A stretch of 64,000 bases of DNA, from contig NC_086097.1 of assembly GCF_963921235.1 (NCBI RefSeq), positions 196,914,001-196,978,000 of the forward strand. The letters run 5' to 3'. The stretch is from Mobula hypostoma (taxonomy: Eukaryota). This document shows positions 21,900 to 35,610 of the stretch, piece by piece; the first letter of the stretch is position 1; each line of letters starts with the position of its first letter. The notes under the pieces were generated by a model. It worked only from the letters and a program-made list of their open reading frames with translations. It ran no database searches and was not told the DNA's origin. Made by a program: the position numbers and the translations under genes.

Positions 21900-24858
21900 G
21901 AAATGATTAATGAGCAGGAGGTGGGTGGACTCAGGACCATCTGGGAGGCTGAAAACTTCACAGATTTTTTTTTTTACTGGGGTGATTACACCCAGAGTGT
22001 AAACTTTAGGTAGTAGATGGGTGACCACCAGGAGAAGTAAGGGGTGTAAGTATTCAGCAGGCTTCCCCTGTGGTGATTCCGGTCAGTAACAAGTATAGCC
22101 ATTTAGATCCTGCTAGGGGTATGAACCATCAGAGCAGAGCAGCAGCAGCCAGGCCAGTGGCATTGTGGCTGGCTCCGACACTCAGCAGGGGAAGAGTATA
22201 GTCAAGCAGAGTGATAGTGATAGGAGACACGAAGGTTAGGGAAATGGACAGCAGCCGCCAAATGGAAGCCAGGATGGTGTGCTGCCTCTCAGATGCTAGG
22301 GTCCAGGATGACTCAGAGTGGCTGCAGAAAATTCTCAAGGGGAATGGTTAGCAGCCAGAGGTGGTGGTGCACATTGGCAGAAAGGTCAAAAGGGAGAGAT
22401 GTCCTGCACAGTGTGTATAAGGAGTTAGGAAAGTGGTTGAAGACAAGGTAGTAATCTGTGGATTAATCCCAGTACCATGTGCTTGTCAGGGCAGGAATAG
22501 GATAATAATACCAATGAATGAGTGACTAAGGAGGTGATACAGGGGGCAACATTTCAGATTTCTGGATCATTGGGATCTCTTCTGCGGAAGGTATAATTTG
22601 TACAAAAAGGATGGGTTGCATCTGAGCCCAAGGGGGATTGATAATCCTTGTGGCGGGTTTGCTAGAGGTGTTGAGGGTTTAAGCTAGTTTGGTATTGGGA
22701 TTGGAAATGGAGTGATAGAGCTGAGGACTGAGCAGTTGGTACATAGGTAGTGAGACTGTGAGGAAGGGTAGGCAGATGATGGGGCAAAATAACAGTCACT
22801 GGAATGAACTGAAGTGTAACAAATCAAAAAAGTTGATGAATGCAGGATTGAAGGTGTTATATTTGAATCCACGTGAAATACAGAATAAGGTAGGTGATCT
22901 TGTAGCACAGCTAGAGATTGGTAGCTATGATGTGGGCATCAGAGTCGTGGCTGAAAGAAGATCATGGTTGGAGCTAAAAATCCAATTGTATCAAAAGGAC
23001 AGGCAGGTAGACAGGGGGTAGCATGGCTCTATTGGTTTAAAAAAAAAATGAAGATGTAGAATCAGTGTGGATAGAGTTGAGAAACTGCAAGGGTGTTTCT
23101 CCCTGATGGGAGTTATATCGGCCTCCGAACCGTAGCCAGGTTGTGGGATACAAATTACAATGAGTGATAGAAAAGGCATGAACTAAGGGCAATGTTACGA
23201 TAGTCCTGCCGAAGGGTCTCGACCCAAAAAGTCAACTGTACTCTTTTCCTCGGATGCTGCCTGACCTGCTGAGTTCCTCCAGCATTTTGTGTGTGTTGTT
23301 TGGATTTTCAGCATCTGCAGATTTTCTCTTGTTTGTGATTGGATTGCGATGGTCATGGGGGATTTCAATATGCATGTAGATTGGGAAAATAAGGTGGCCT
23401 GTGGTTGAGCCCATTGAGGGAAAGGCAGTTCTGGATTGATGTTGAGTAGTGAACCAGATTTGATTAGGGTGTCTAAGGTAAAGGGACCCTTACGAAGCAG
23501 TGATCATAATATGGTAGAATTAACCCTGAAGTTTGAGAGGGAGAAGCTAAAGTCAGTATGACTATTACAGTGGAGTACAGGGAATGACAGAGGCAGAGGG
23601 GCTCTGGGCAAAGTTGATTGGAAGGGGACACTAGCAGGGATGACAGCAGAACAGCAGTGACTGGAGTTTTTGGGAGCAATATAGAAGGCGCAGGATAAAT
23701 GCATCCCAAAGATGAAGAAGTTTTCTAAAAGGGAGGATGCTGGAACTGTAGCTGAGGAGAGAAGTCAAAGATAGCATAAAATGTAGCAAAATTAGTGGGA
23801 AGGCAGAGGACTGGGAAGCTTTTAAAAACCAACAGAAGCCAACTAAAAAGCTATTTGGAGGGAAAAGATGAAACATGGAGGTGAGCTAGCCAATACTATC
23901 AAAAGAGGATACCAAAGGTTTTTATCAGATATTTAAAGGGTAAAGAAAGGCGAGAGTAGGTAATCAACTGCTGGAAAATGACACTGAAGAGGTACAAAGT
24001 AAAAGAAATTGCAGACAAACGATAAGTATTTTGCATCAGTCTTCACTGTGGAAGACACTGGCGGTATGCCAGAAATTCAAGAGTGTCAGGGGGCAGAAGT
24101 GAGTGTAGTTGTTAGAAGGTACTTGAGAAGCAGAAAGGTCTGAAGGTAGATAAGTCACCTCGACCCGGTGGACTACACCCCAGAATTCTGAAAGAGGTAG
24201 ATGAAGAAACTATAGCGGCATTAGTAATAATCTTTCAAGAATCAATCGATTCTGCCATGGTTCTGGAGGACTGCATAATTACCAATGTCACTACACTCTT
24301 TCAAAGGGAAGGAAGCAGAAGAAAAGAAATTATAGGCCAGTTAGCCTGACCTCAGTGGGTGGAAAGATGTTGGAGTCCATTATTAAGGATGAATTCAAGG
24401 TACTTGGAGGCTCATGACAAAGTAGGTCGGAGTCAGCATAGTTTTCCTAAGTGAAAATATTGCCTGATAAACTTGTTGGAATTCTTTGAGGAAATAACAG
24501 GCAGGATAGATAAAGGAGAGTTGGTGGATGTTGTTTACCTGTATAGATAGTGAATGTGGAATCCTACAGGGGGTGACTCGAGGACCAGAGGGCACAGTCT
24601 CAGAATAGAGGGGCATCCATTTTGAACAGAGATGAGATGGAATTGCTTTAGCCAGAGGGTGGTGAATCTGTGGAATTCATTGCCACGGACAGCTGTGGAG
24701 GATAAGTCATCGAGTATGTTTAAAATGGAGGTTGTGGTTATGGGAGAAGGCTGGAGAATGGGGTTGAGAGAGATTATAAATCGGCCATCATGGAATGGCA
24801 GGATGAGCTCAATGGGCCGAGTGGCCTATTCTGCTCCGATGTCTTATGGTCTAAGGTA
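21900..24858 (+). mobile_element. Degenerate, internally deleted CR1 (ORF1 esterase, EN and RT remnants, 3' tail)
   Basis: VIGDT...RMVCCL, LKVLYLNPREIQNK and NYRPVSLTS remnants; jumps to the 3' end at ~24540. Confidence 0.85.
23206..23343 (+). mobile_element. Penelope terminal mini-insertion within CR1
   Basis: gaagggtctcgaccc...gatgctgcctgacctgctgagttcctccagcattttgtgtgt; diverged TSD ttacgatagtc (23195-23205) / ttgcgatggtc (23344-23354). Confidence 0.8.
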
Positions 24859-26495
24859 ATTTAGGGTAAACCTGCAAATGTAGTGAGAGATGTAAGGAAT
24901 CTGAGTGATTTAGAATCATACATCAACTTTGCATGTCTACATTCATGTCTTTCTTTAAAGAAAGAGACAGATGTTGTTCGCTAAAGGGAATCACAACCAT
25001 TTCCACAAGAATATTTATAATTTATATCAAATGCATAAATAGTCTCAAGCCATGTACTGAGTGACAGAATGCAGGCTGTGTGGCAGAAATAAGTTTGCGG
25101 TTATTTTAATCTTTCTTCAGCTGTTCTGAATTGAGATTATTGAAGAATTAAGAACTGAAAAACTGTTCAGCTGTTCAGAATTTTCCTCACCTACATATAC
25201 TGTATCCACAGTTGGAACATGTTTTGATTGGTTAATGTCCACTGGTTCTTTTCTATTCGTTTGTGACTTCTGTTAACTTAAACCAATAATTATGGCAATA
25301 TTCTGGTTATATTACTTAAGCAATAACTCTGAGTAATGGTTGAATTGGAGTTTTACATTCCGTCACAACAACTGTTTCCATTGGAATGGTATTTGTTTTT
25401 AATTTTTTTTAAAAATCGGGAGTATTACCATCTATATTGACCATAAACCTAATGGATTTGGTTATTAAAAAAAAAAAATGCACCTAGCTCATTTTAGGGA
25501 AAGAATATCCAATATCCAATATTTACCCAGTCCAGGATATTTAGAAGACTGACAATAATGTTGTCTTATTAGGAAGTAAGCCACTATTGTACAAATTGCT
25601 TGTTCAATGTGATTAAAACTGTCCATATCACCTGGAATTGACTCCAAATTCAACTCCATTGTGCAAAGGCATGCTCAGTTAATACTAAAGGACATGGGGG
25701 TCCCTGTCTAAGTTTGGAGAGCTCTTCCTTAGTTATTTTAAGAAATAGCCAGGCATAATTATTGTTACGACATTGTATCTTTCACACCATGTATCAGACT
25801 CTGTATAGACTTCTCTATTACAATGCCAGTGCATGTCCTGTTTCAGAGACTCACCAAAAGAAGTTGTACTGTAGTATATACCGTGGTAGGAGGGAGTGCT
25901 TTTAATATTGACTCCAAATGCACAAAGTCTCATGCACAAGATTTAAACTTGTGTGGTACCTTTTTGATCACAATCTCCAGAATGTTGAACACAACTTGAA
26001 ATCAGTTAAGAGCAATGAAAGTCATGTAATTTGGATTGGGTCTTTAGTGTCCATCACCAAATCAAGGTCGTTGACCACTGCTGACTGAGCAATGTAAGCC
26101 ATTCCATTAGATAGTAGAAAATCTGCACTAATCTTTGCAACTGCTTGTTTCAGTGGTTGGATTCTTGGAAAGACCTAGCATTGCCACGTTTTGTAGGAAG
26201 GGCAAACCTTCAGGATTTCCATCTGCAATAGAGTATCTTCATCTTTTTCATATTCTTATGGTTCCATCCAAACATTTTAAATGTAAACCAACTAAGGAGG
26301 AGGAATACCAACTTCCTTTTTAAATTAAGTTTAATCAAGTTATTTATACATTTTGATATTAATGGATCTTAGAAGTAGCTTGATCGTGAAAATTGTTCAC
26401 TTTATATAACGTTTGTGTATTGACCACAAGTAATGTTGCATTGTTTTCCACCGACTATTTTAACTCATTGTATCCTCATTGATTTCCAATATTAG

Positions 26496-26566
26496 AAACC
26501 AGGATGGAGGGCTGGTTATCAATACCAAACCGGGCAAACATAAAGCGTTATGGATGGAAAAAACAG
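26496..26566 (+). CDS. ROCK1: ROCK1 exon, PH domain start
   Basis: atattAG|AA ACC...AAA CAG|gtgagg; (E)TRMEGWLSIPNRANIKRYGWKKQ, with the ROCK1-type NIKRYGWKKQ motif; 71 nt. Confidence 0.97.
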
Positions 26567-26775
26567 GTGAGGTGCCATTAAAAGTAAGTACTTTATTGTT
26601 GAATTATATTAAACTTCTTTTCTACTAAAATTGAATTTGTTTATAATCAGTAATTTTATTGAGAATTAAGACTACGGATGCTGAAAATATGGGGAAAATG
26701 CTGAAAATAGTCAGCAGGCCAGATGGCATCTATGGAAAAAGAAGCAAGAGTCCACATTTCAAGTTGGTTAGCTTT

Positions 26776-28343
26776 CATAGAAAAATAGAAAATAGGTGCA
26801 GGAGTAGGCCATTCGGCCCTTCAAGCCTGCACCGCCATTCAGTATGATCATGGCTGATCATCCAACTCAGAACCATGTACCAGCCTTCCCTCCATACCCC
26901 CTGATCCCTTTAGCCACAAGGGACATATCTAACTCCCTCTTAAATATAGCCAATGAACTGGCCTCATTGTTTCCTGTGGCAGAGAATTCCACAGATTCAC
27001 CACTCTCTGTGTGAAGAAGTTTTTCCTAATCTCGGTCCTAAAAGGCTTCCCCTTTATCCTCAAACTGTGACCCCTCATTCTGGACTTCCCCAACATCGGG
27101 AACAATCTTCCTGCATCTAGCCTGTCCAATCCCTTTAGGATTTTATACATTTCAATAAGATCCCCCCTCAATCTTCTAAATTCCAGCGAGTGTAAGCCTA
27201 GTCGATCCAGTCTTTCATCATGTGAAAGTCCTGCCATCCCAGGAATCAATCTGGTGAACCTTCTTTGTACTCACTCTATGGCAAGAATGTCTTTCCTCAG
27301 ATTAGGGACCAAAACTGCACACAATACTCCAGGTGTGGTCTCACCAAGGCCTTGTACAAGTGCAGTAGTACCTCCCTGCTCCTGTACTCGAATCCTCTTG
27401 GTATGAATGCCAGCATACCATTCGCCTTTTTCACCGCCTGCTGTACCTGCATGCCCACTTTCAATGACTGGTGTATAATGACACCCAGGTCTTGTTGCAC
27501 CTCCCCTTTTCCTAATCGACCACCATTCAGATAATAATCTGTTTCCCTGTTTTTGCCACCAAAGTGGATAACCTCACATTTATCCACATTAATCTGCATC
27601 TGCCATGAATTCGCCCACTCACCTAACCTATCCAAGTCACCCTGCATCCTCTTAGCATCCTCCTCACAGCTAACACTGCCGCCCAGCTTCGTGTCATCCG
27701 CAAACTTGGAGATGCTGCATTTAATTCCCTCATCTAAGTCATTAATATATATTGTAAACAACTGGGGTCCCAGCACTGAGCCTTGTGGTACCCCACTAGT
27801 CACTGCCTGCCATTCTGAAAAGGTCCCGTTTATTCCCCCCACTCTTTGCTTCCTGTCTGCCAACCAATTCTCTATCCACATCAATACCTTACCCCCAGTA
27901 CCGTGTGCTTTAAGTTTGCACCCTAATCTCCTGTGTGGGACCTTGTCAAAAGCCTTTTGAAAATCCAAATATACCACATCCATTGGTTCTCCTCTATCCA
28001 CTCTACTAGTTACATCCTCAAAATATTCTATGAAATTCGTCAGACATGATTTCCCTTTCACAAATCCATGCTGATTTTGTCCAATGATTTCACTGCTTTC
28101 CAAATGTGCTGTTATCACATCCTTGATAACTGACTCTAGCATTTTCCCCACCACTGATGTTAGGCTAACCGGTCTATAATTCCCCCTTTTCTCTCTCCCT
28201 CCTTTTTTAAAAAGCGGGGTTACTTTAGCCACCCTCCAATCCTCAGGAACTAGTCCAGAATCGAAAGAGTTTTGAAAAATTATCACTTATGCATCCACTA
28301 TTTCTTGGGCTACTTCCTTAAGCACTCTGGGATGCAGACCATC
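26776..28343 (-). mobile_element. Young 5'-truncated CR1 LINE (RT)
   Basis: ORF 27297-28286 (NYRPVSLTS, GVPQGSVLGP, FADDTK, RPHLEYCVQFW) plus ORF 26929-27249; CR1 tail. Confidence 0.95.
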
Positions 28344-29694
28344 ATCTGTATGATTTATCTGTTGGATATGTATAGTCACGTTCTGCAAAGCTTGTGTTGA
28401 CATAAACGCAAAGAATTCATTTGCGCATCTGTGACCCATAATTTTGAAGACATTTCATACACAAGCAGCCCTCCTCGGATGGCTGAGGTATCCTGCTGCT
28501 CTCCTTAAGGGCAATAGTCTCAACTGATCATCAGCCATAGAGTTACAGGTTTTTCACTTCTCCTGTCCAACATACCCAGACCCCTTCCCTAATCCCAAAC
28601 CTAGTACTTAGTCCTCATCTCTTCTACTACATTCTCAGGTCAATTTTTGTGTACTGCATTCAGTGATGACAGTATGGTTTCCACTGCACTGGAAAAATCA
28701 AATGCATAGTGGTGATTGCGGAGTACTGTTTGCAGAAGTATCCCTGGGTTTTGTGTTCCCTGCCATTTTAATTTTCCATCCCAATCTAATTCTTTCTGTG
28801 GTCCCAATGTAATTTTGTAGAACAGTACCTGGTATTCCACTTATTAGTCATGTTGCTTATCAAATTATTCAGCTTGTTTTCTCTGTATGTATCTGAATGG
28901 GCTAGGTTATCCATCTGAGATATTGGCTCAGATTTTCACTTCGTTAACACAGCATGGCCAGCTGGATATGTCCTGCTGCCTTAAGTTTCAATTATATTTC
29001 TTAGTTCTTGGTTTGTAACTGCTTTCTTTTCAGTTATTATGAACAAAGAGCCATGATTCCTCTGCCTAACAGTCCCCATTGAACCATTTACCAGATAATT
29101 TTATTTTCAGCTTATCACCAGGGAAACTTGGTTTCACCATAAGAAGAATATCCTCTATATCCTTTGCATTCCTCCTCCGCTTCCCTGTGTCTTAATACTA
29201 ACCTGTTTTGTCCTTTCTAGTTCCCACCCAAAGTCTTTGACCTGAACCCTAATATTAATTTCCCCTTGCTACAACTGCTCAACTTGGTGCTTCCAGCATC
29301 TTCTGTCTTATTTTTAAATATTGTGATTGTTACTGTCCAGTTGTTCCTTTATGCTTGCTGCTCTTAACTGTTCAGGTTGGTTCATTTTCTATTCCTGTCA
29401 ATTAGTGACATTTCTGATTTTTAGTTGTATAAGGTGAAGTGGAGTGCTGAAAAATATCCACTCTCCTTGCCCTTTTTCTTGTCAGTTATCGTAATTTAAC
29501 ATTTCAACCTTGGGACATATTGCAGAAGTTCTACAAATTCCAATAATATTTTGCATCCTCAATCCTTTTGTGATCAGGCCAGTACTTGGGGTATTCATTG
29601 ATTGCAGAATGTTCAGTTCTGTTCGAATCAAGTTTATTGTCACGTGCACAAGTATGATGAGATACAGTACAATGCAAAAACTTGCAACAGCATT

Positions 29695-30009
29695 TGACAT
29701 TTATTTATTTATCTATCTACCAATCGATACAGTGCAGAATAGGCCCTTGTGGCCTGACGAGCTGCACAGCCCAACAACCCACCAATTTAACCCAAACCTA
29801 ATCATGTGATAGTTTGCAATCACCAATTAACTTACTAACATATGTCTTTGTACTGTGGGAGGAAAATGGAGCGCCCACAGGAAACCCACACACACACACG
29901 GGAAGGAGAGTACAGAATTGCTTACAGAGGATGCTGGAATTGAACTCTGAACTGCAACGCCCTGAGCTGTTAATAGCATCATGCTAACCACTACTCTGCC
30001 GTGGCGACC
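29695..30009 (-). mobile_element. tRNA-derived V-SINE (HE1-like) with CR1 tail, inserted in a Rex1-like fragment (~29615-30350)
   Basis: Minus strand: box A TAGTGGTTAG, box B GTTCAATTCC, V-domain ttcctcccacagtacaaagac...gttaattgg, CR1-type 3' tail. Confidence 0.85.
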
Positions 30010-30796
30010 TAACAGACAGCACAGAATATAAATTATACACATGTAAAATTATACCACAGTGAAAAATAAAAGACTGTGATGCAGAAAAAGACAAAATCAA
30101 AGATAAGTCCATGGCAGTACAAGAGGTAATCCATAGTGTCCCTTTGCTGAGGTAGTGTTAGAGTTGTGCAGGTATGTTCAAGAATCTGATGATTGTATAA
30201 AAGTACCAGGTAGTGTGGGACTTCAGGTCACAGTAATAAGAGGGCATAACCCAGATGGTATGGTTGATAATAGATGCCATCACCTTGAAGCAGCACCTCC
30301 TGTATGTTCTGTATTAGTAGGGGAGGCTGTGCCCGTGATTGACCATATGAGCTTCTGGAGGATACCAGTTCAAATAGGTGGTTGACCAACCCCTCAAAGG
30401 GAGTTCGAAATGGCAACAATACTGATCAGTGACTCCCAGATTCCATAAATGAATAAAAGAAACTCTTATCCTAACTATTAAGTTACCCCCTCCTACCTTC
30501 CCTAAGTATTATCTGGCAGTTTTAACTGCTAATTCTATTCTTCATTATGTCTCATTTCACCTAATGCCTCCATTTTCCTTGTTTTCTTTATTTTGGGTGC
30601 CATGGTTAGAAGATAGCAATCTCAGCTTTTATTCTTTTTCCAGTACTGATTATTTACTGCATTTGTAGCTGCAAGACTACTGTTTTAGGCAAAATCATGT
30701 AACTCAACAGATCTTAGTAATTTGATGACGAAGTTTTTATTCTTTACATTAGACTTGTGCATCAGAAGTTTTGATTCAGGTATTCAGACTGCTGCT

Positions 30797-31035
30797 GAAA
30801 CATAGAAAAACCTACAACACAAAGCAGGCCCTTCGGCCCACAATGCTGTGAAGAACACGTACTTACTTTAGAAATTACCTCTGGTTACCCATAGCCCTCT
30901 ATTTTACTAAGCTCCATGTACCTGTTCGGGATCTCTTAAAAGACCATATTGTATATGTGCCAGCAGCCCATTTCCACACACTCACCACTCTCTGCATTAA
31001 AAAAAAACTTACCCATGGCATCTCCTCTGTACCTA
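30797..31035 (-). mobile_element. CR1 3' tail fragment, same family as 38452-39660
   Basis: gaaacatagaaaa...ttagaaattacct...acccatagccctct is shared with the 38452 copy. Confidence 0.8.
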
Positions 31036-31146
31036 GATGATGGTTGCATTGCTTCAGTCCTTGGGAGTCTGACAGAAAAGAGTGACATTGTACTTGTTGG
31101 ATTCAATTTCTTTTTCTAATGTTGAAACTCTTTTTGTTATTCACAG

Positions 31147-31235
31147 TATGTTGTAGTGAGCAGCAGAAAAATACTGTTCTATGAAGATGAGCTGAATAAA
31201 GAACAATCTAATCCTTCGATGGTATTGGACATCGA
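31147..31235 (+). CDS. ROCK1: ROCK1 exon, PH domain
   Basis: tcacAG|TAT GTT...ATC GA|gtgagt; YVVVSSRKILFYEDELNKEQSNPSMVLDI(D); 89 nt. Confidence 0.97.
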
Positions 31236-31502
31236 GTGAGTACAGCTTCCTAGTACTGAGAATTTGCAGAGAATGAGCATTTGTGAATAGGAGAACTTAG
31301 CTGCAAGATTGGAAAATTTGATGTAAAAGGAGAAAATGAAAACGTAATAATGTTCTGATTGATCCGTACTGTTCCATGCTTTTCTGTGTTCTATGTAAAA
31401 TGTGGTCCAGATAGAAAGGTAGTGTTGGGATTATTGATTTGATTGATTTGCATTAACTGGCCTATAGATAAATGAAGTAAATTTTGAGTTTAGATGTACA
31501 TA

Positions 31503-31563
31503 CAGTGCCTATAAAATGTATTCACCCACCACCTCCTCCCCTTGGAGTTTTCATGTTTTATTG
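31503..31563 (+). mobile_element. Solo Tc1/mariner terminal remnant
   Basis: TA|CAGTGCCTATAAAATGTATTCACCC...CTTGGAGTTTTCATGTTTTATTG, a typical Tc1 TIR start. Confidence 0.65.
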
Positions 31564-34500
31564 CTTGAGCAGATTATCAGTGCTGTAAACAAAATAATAA
31601 TTTGTATAGGATATAGCTTAAAAAGTATTTAAAGTATATTATTTCCCACCATAAGTGCAAGCCATGCGAGTAATTCAAATGGGTAAATGTATAAGCTTCA
31701 CATTGTGACTTCAAATAATTTTTGGGTGATTCAGCAATTATAACTTTAAGTTTGCAAAACGGGTAAAGAATTAGTGATAGCTAACTGAAAGCTTGGGATT
31801 ATGCTTGCTAATGAACAGAGATATTCCACAAATCGGTCTTCACAATGTAGTGAGAACCATACCATCTGTGATAAATGTATTTTATATACAAGTATATGTA
31901 TGTTTCATCTGGAAAAGGTATTTGGTGCCTTCGACAGGGAGAGGAAGTAAATGGGCAAGTACTGCATCTGTTCCACTTGGGGGACATTATGTACAGCTGT
32001 TCAACATATTGCAGGGATAGCCCTTCAAAATTTAAAGTGGAGTAGAAGAATATTGCTGCATGGCAGTATTGGCTGAAGATACTGGAAATATTGTAGAATG
32101 ATGCACAGTTCATGTAACATGGAGGCTGTTTGGGCTATTGAGTTTATGATGACTCTGAGAGTAATTCCATCAACTGCTTTGCCTTGTAACCTCTGCTCCC
32201 TTGTATGCTTCCGAGTTCTCTGACCATATAGGAAGTTTTATAGTGGCCAATTAACCTGCAAGCCAGCACATCTTTAAAATGACAAGCATGGCTTTTTAAT
32301 TAGCTAGTTTTCTATTCAATCCAAGAACCAGAAAATTAACCGACAAGCACATTGAAACTGACACTAAAGAAACAAGTCATGTGCAGGTATTCAGCAGGCA
32401 GTGTCACACCTTTTTAATTTCGTAAGCCTTTCCTATAAGATGCGATTGGCGAATTGGAACACTCTTCACTTCCCTGATTCGTGCTACTTGAGAAACATTC
32501 AAGAGCTTAATGCCCTGAAAGAAATGTATTTAATTGTCACCCTGTGCCTACCTTTAAATATTCTGACTTTCCACTCTTGGAGCTCTGGCTGCAATTTGTA
32601 CTGATCTAGATTCATCAAGTTAGAGTAAAGTACAGTGCAGAAACAACCCCTTTGGCCCATCTTGTCCATGCTGAAACTATTTACTCCCATTGACCTGCAC
32701 TGGGACCATAGCCCTCCATACTCTTAACATCTATGTACCTATCCAAACTTAAACATTGAAGTTGAGCTTGCGTGCACCACTGGCGCTGGCAGGTCGTTCC
32801 ACACTCGCAACCTTCTGAGTGAAGAAGTTCCTGTCATGTATCCCTTAAACTTTTCTCTTTCACACTTAACCCATGACCTCTGGTTGTAGTCCCACACAAC
32901 CTCAGTGGAAAAAGCCTGTTTTCATTTACCCTGTCTATATCCCTCATAATTTTGTATACCTCTATCAAATCTCCTGTCAATCTTCTACTTTCTAAAAAAT
33001 CTATTCCTAAGTCCTAAAAAGTCCTACACTATTCAGACTTTCCTTATAATTTGGGTCCTCCTAACCCCGCAACATTCTTGCAAATTTTCTCTGTACTCTT
33101 TGAACCTTATTTACATCTTTCCTATAGGTAGGTGATGAAAACTGCACACATTACTCCAAATTAGGCCTCACCAATGTCTTGTACAACTTTGACATAACAT
33201 CCCATCTCCTGTACTCAATACTTTAATTTATGAAGGCCAATGTACTGAATGCTTTCTTTACAATCCTCTCTACCTATGATGCCACTTTCAACAGATTTAT
33301 GGACCTGTATTCCTAGATCCGTTTGTTCTACCACATTCCTTAATGGCCTTCTGTTCACTGTGTGGTTGGTTCCACACCACAAGTACAACACCTCACACTT
33401 CTCTGCATTAAATTCCATCTGCCATTTTTCCAGCCGATCCAAGTCCCTTTGCAAGCCACGATAGCCTTCCTTGCAGTCTACTGCACTCCCAATCTTGGTG
33501 TCATCTGCAAATTTGCTTATCAAATGCCTTGCTAACGTCCATGGCAATAACATCCAATACCTTGCCTTCATCCCCTTTCCTGGCAACCTCATTTTGAAAA
33601 CTCTATAAGATTGGTTAGACATGACCTACCGTGCATAAAGCCGGGCTGACTATCCTTAATCAGTCTATGTCTATCGAAATATATGTATATCCGGTCCATT
33701 AGAATACTTTCCAATAACTTGCCCACAACTGATTTCAGACTCACCAGCCTATCATTTCCTGGTTTCTGTTTAGAGCCTTTTTTTAAAAAAAAGAGCAGAA
33801 CAACTTTAGCTATCCTTCAATCCTCCAGAACCTCTCCTGTCACTAAGGATGATTTAAGTATCTCTGCTAGGGCTCCAGCAATTTCTGCAGGGCTCCATAG
33901 GGTCCAGAGCATCTTGTCAGGCCCTGGGGATCTATCGACCCTAATTTGCCTTAGGACAGTAAAATCTCCTCCCCTCTAATCTGTATGGGGACCATGAAGT
34001 TGATGCCGTTTTGCCTCACTTCTGTAGACTCTGTGTCCATTTCCTGAGTAAATACATATGCAAAAATAGTCTATTTAAGATCTCCCCTATCCCTTTTGCT
34101 CCACACATGGATTACCATTCTGGTTTACCAGACGACCAATTTTGTCCCTTACAGTCCTTTTGCTCTTAACATATCTGTAGAATCTCTTGGGGTCCTCCTT
34201 CACCTTGTCTGCTAGGGCAACCTCATGCCTTTTAGTCCTGATATTAGTATTCTCTTGCATTTCTTAAACTCCAGAAACACTTCATTTCATCCTACCTGCC
34301 TTTACTTGCTATGCACAACCCTTCCTTCTTCTGAACCAGGGCCTCAATATCTCTTGAAAACCAAGGCTCCCTACACTTGTTATCTTTACTTTTTATTATG
34401 ATAGGCACATACAAGCTCTATACTTTGAAGATTTCACTTTTGAAGACCTCCCACTTACCAAGTACACCTTTGCCAGAAAGCAGCCTATCCCAGTCCACAC

Positions 34501-34676
34501 TTGCCAGATCCTTTCTAATGCCATCAAAATTGGCCATTCTCCAATTTAGAATCTCAACCCATGGACCACACCTATCTTTTTGCATATTTACTTTGAAACT
34601 ACTAGCCTTATGATCCTAGATGCGAAGTGTTCTCCTACACAAAATTCTGTCATCGGCCATGTCTCATTCCCCAATA

Positions 34677-34897
34677 CAGTGGTCCCCAACCACTGGGCCG
34701 CAAAGCATGTGCTACAGGATCGCGAGGAAACAGTATGATTTTGCGATATGAGTCAGCTGCACCTTTTCTCATTCCCTGTCATGCATTGTTGAATTTGAAC
34801 ACCGCCCCCCCCACCCCCCAGCCCCCAGTCGGCCGGTCCGCAAGAATACTGTTAATATTAAACTGGTCCACGGTGCAAAAAAGGTTGGGGACCCCTG
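34677..34897. mobile_element. hAT-superfamily MITE, 221 bp
   Basis: TIRs CAGTGGTCCCCAACC / GGTTGGGGACCCCTG (14/15); 8-bp TSD ccccaata (34669-34676) / ccctaata (34898-34905). Confidence 0.92.
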
Positions 34898-35507
34898 CCC
34901 TAATAGATCAAATATCGCACAATCTCTCATTGGGACTTCTGCATACTGACTAAGGAAACTTACTGAGCATATTTGACAATCTTTATCCCATCTAGTCCTT
35001 TTACAGTATGGGAGTCCCAGTGGAAAGTTAAAATCACCCATTGTAACAACCTTATGTTTCTTGCAAAAGACTGCAACCTTTCTCTGCAAATTTGTTAATC
35101 TAAATCCCTTGGACTGCTGGGTGTCTGTAATATAGCCCCATTAATATAGTCGTACCTTTCTTATTTCTCAGTTTCACCCATAGCACCTCACTAGACAAAT
35201 TTTTTGGCTGAGCCCTGCCATGACATTTTCCTTGACAAGTAATGCCACCCTTCCTCCATTAATCCCACCCACTCTGTCGCGTCTAAAACAATGGAACCAC
35301 AGAATACTGAGCTACTGGTCCTGCCCTTCCCGCAACCAAGTCTCATTAATGGCTACAATATCATCGCTCCAGATGTTGATCCATGCCCTGAGCTCATCCA
35401 CCTTTCGTACAGTACTTCTTGCATTAAAATATACACAACTGTAGATAATCATTGCAACATGCTCAACCTTCTGATTCTTGACTTTGTCTGGAGTCTTATC
35501 AACATCT

Positions 35508-35610
35508 GGGGGTATGGAGGGAAGGCTGGTACAGGGTTCTGAGTTGGATGATCAGCCATGATCATACCGAATGGCCTACTTCTGCACCTATTTTCTATGT
35601 TTTCTATGTT
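35508..35610 (+). mobile_element. CR1 3'-tail mini-insertion (family of 26776-28343)
   Basis: TSD AACATCT at 35501-35507 and 35611-35617; (tttctatg)2 tail. Confidence 0.9.

Noticed and set aside
29930..30009. tRNA gene
   Set aside because: The A/B boxes belong to a SINE head followed by a V-domain and CR1 tail; there is no cloverleaf.
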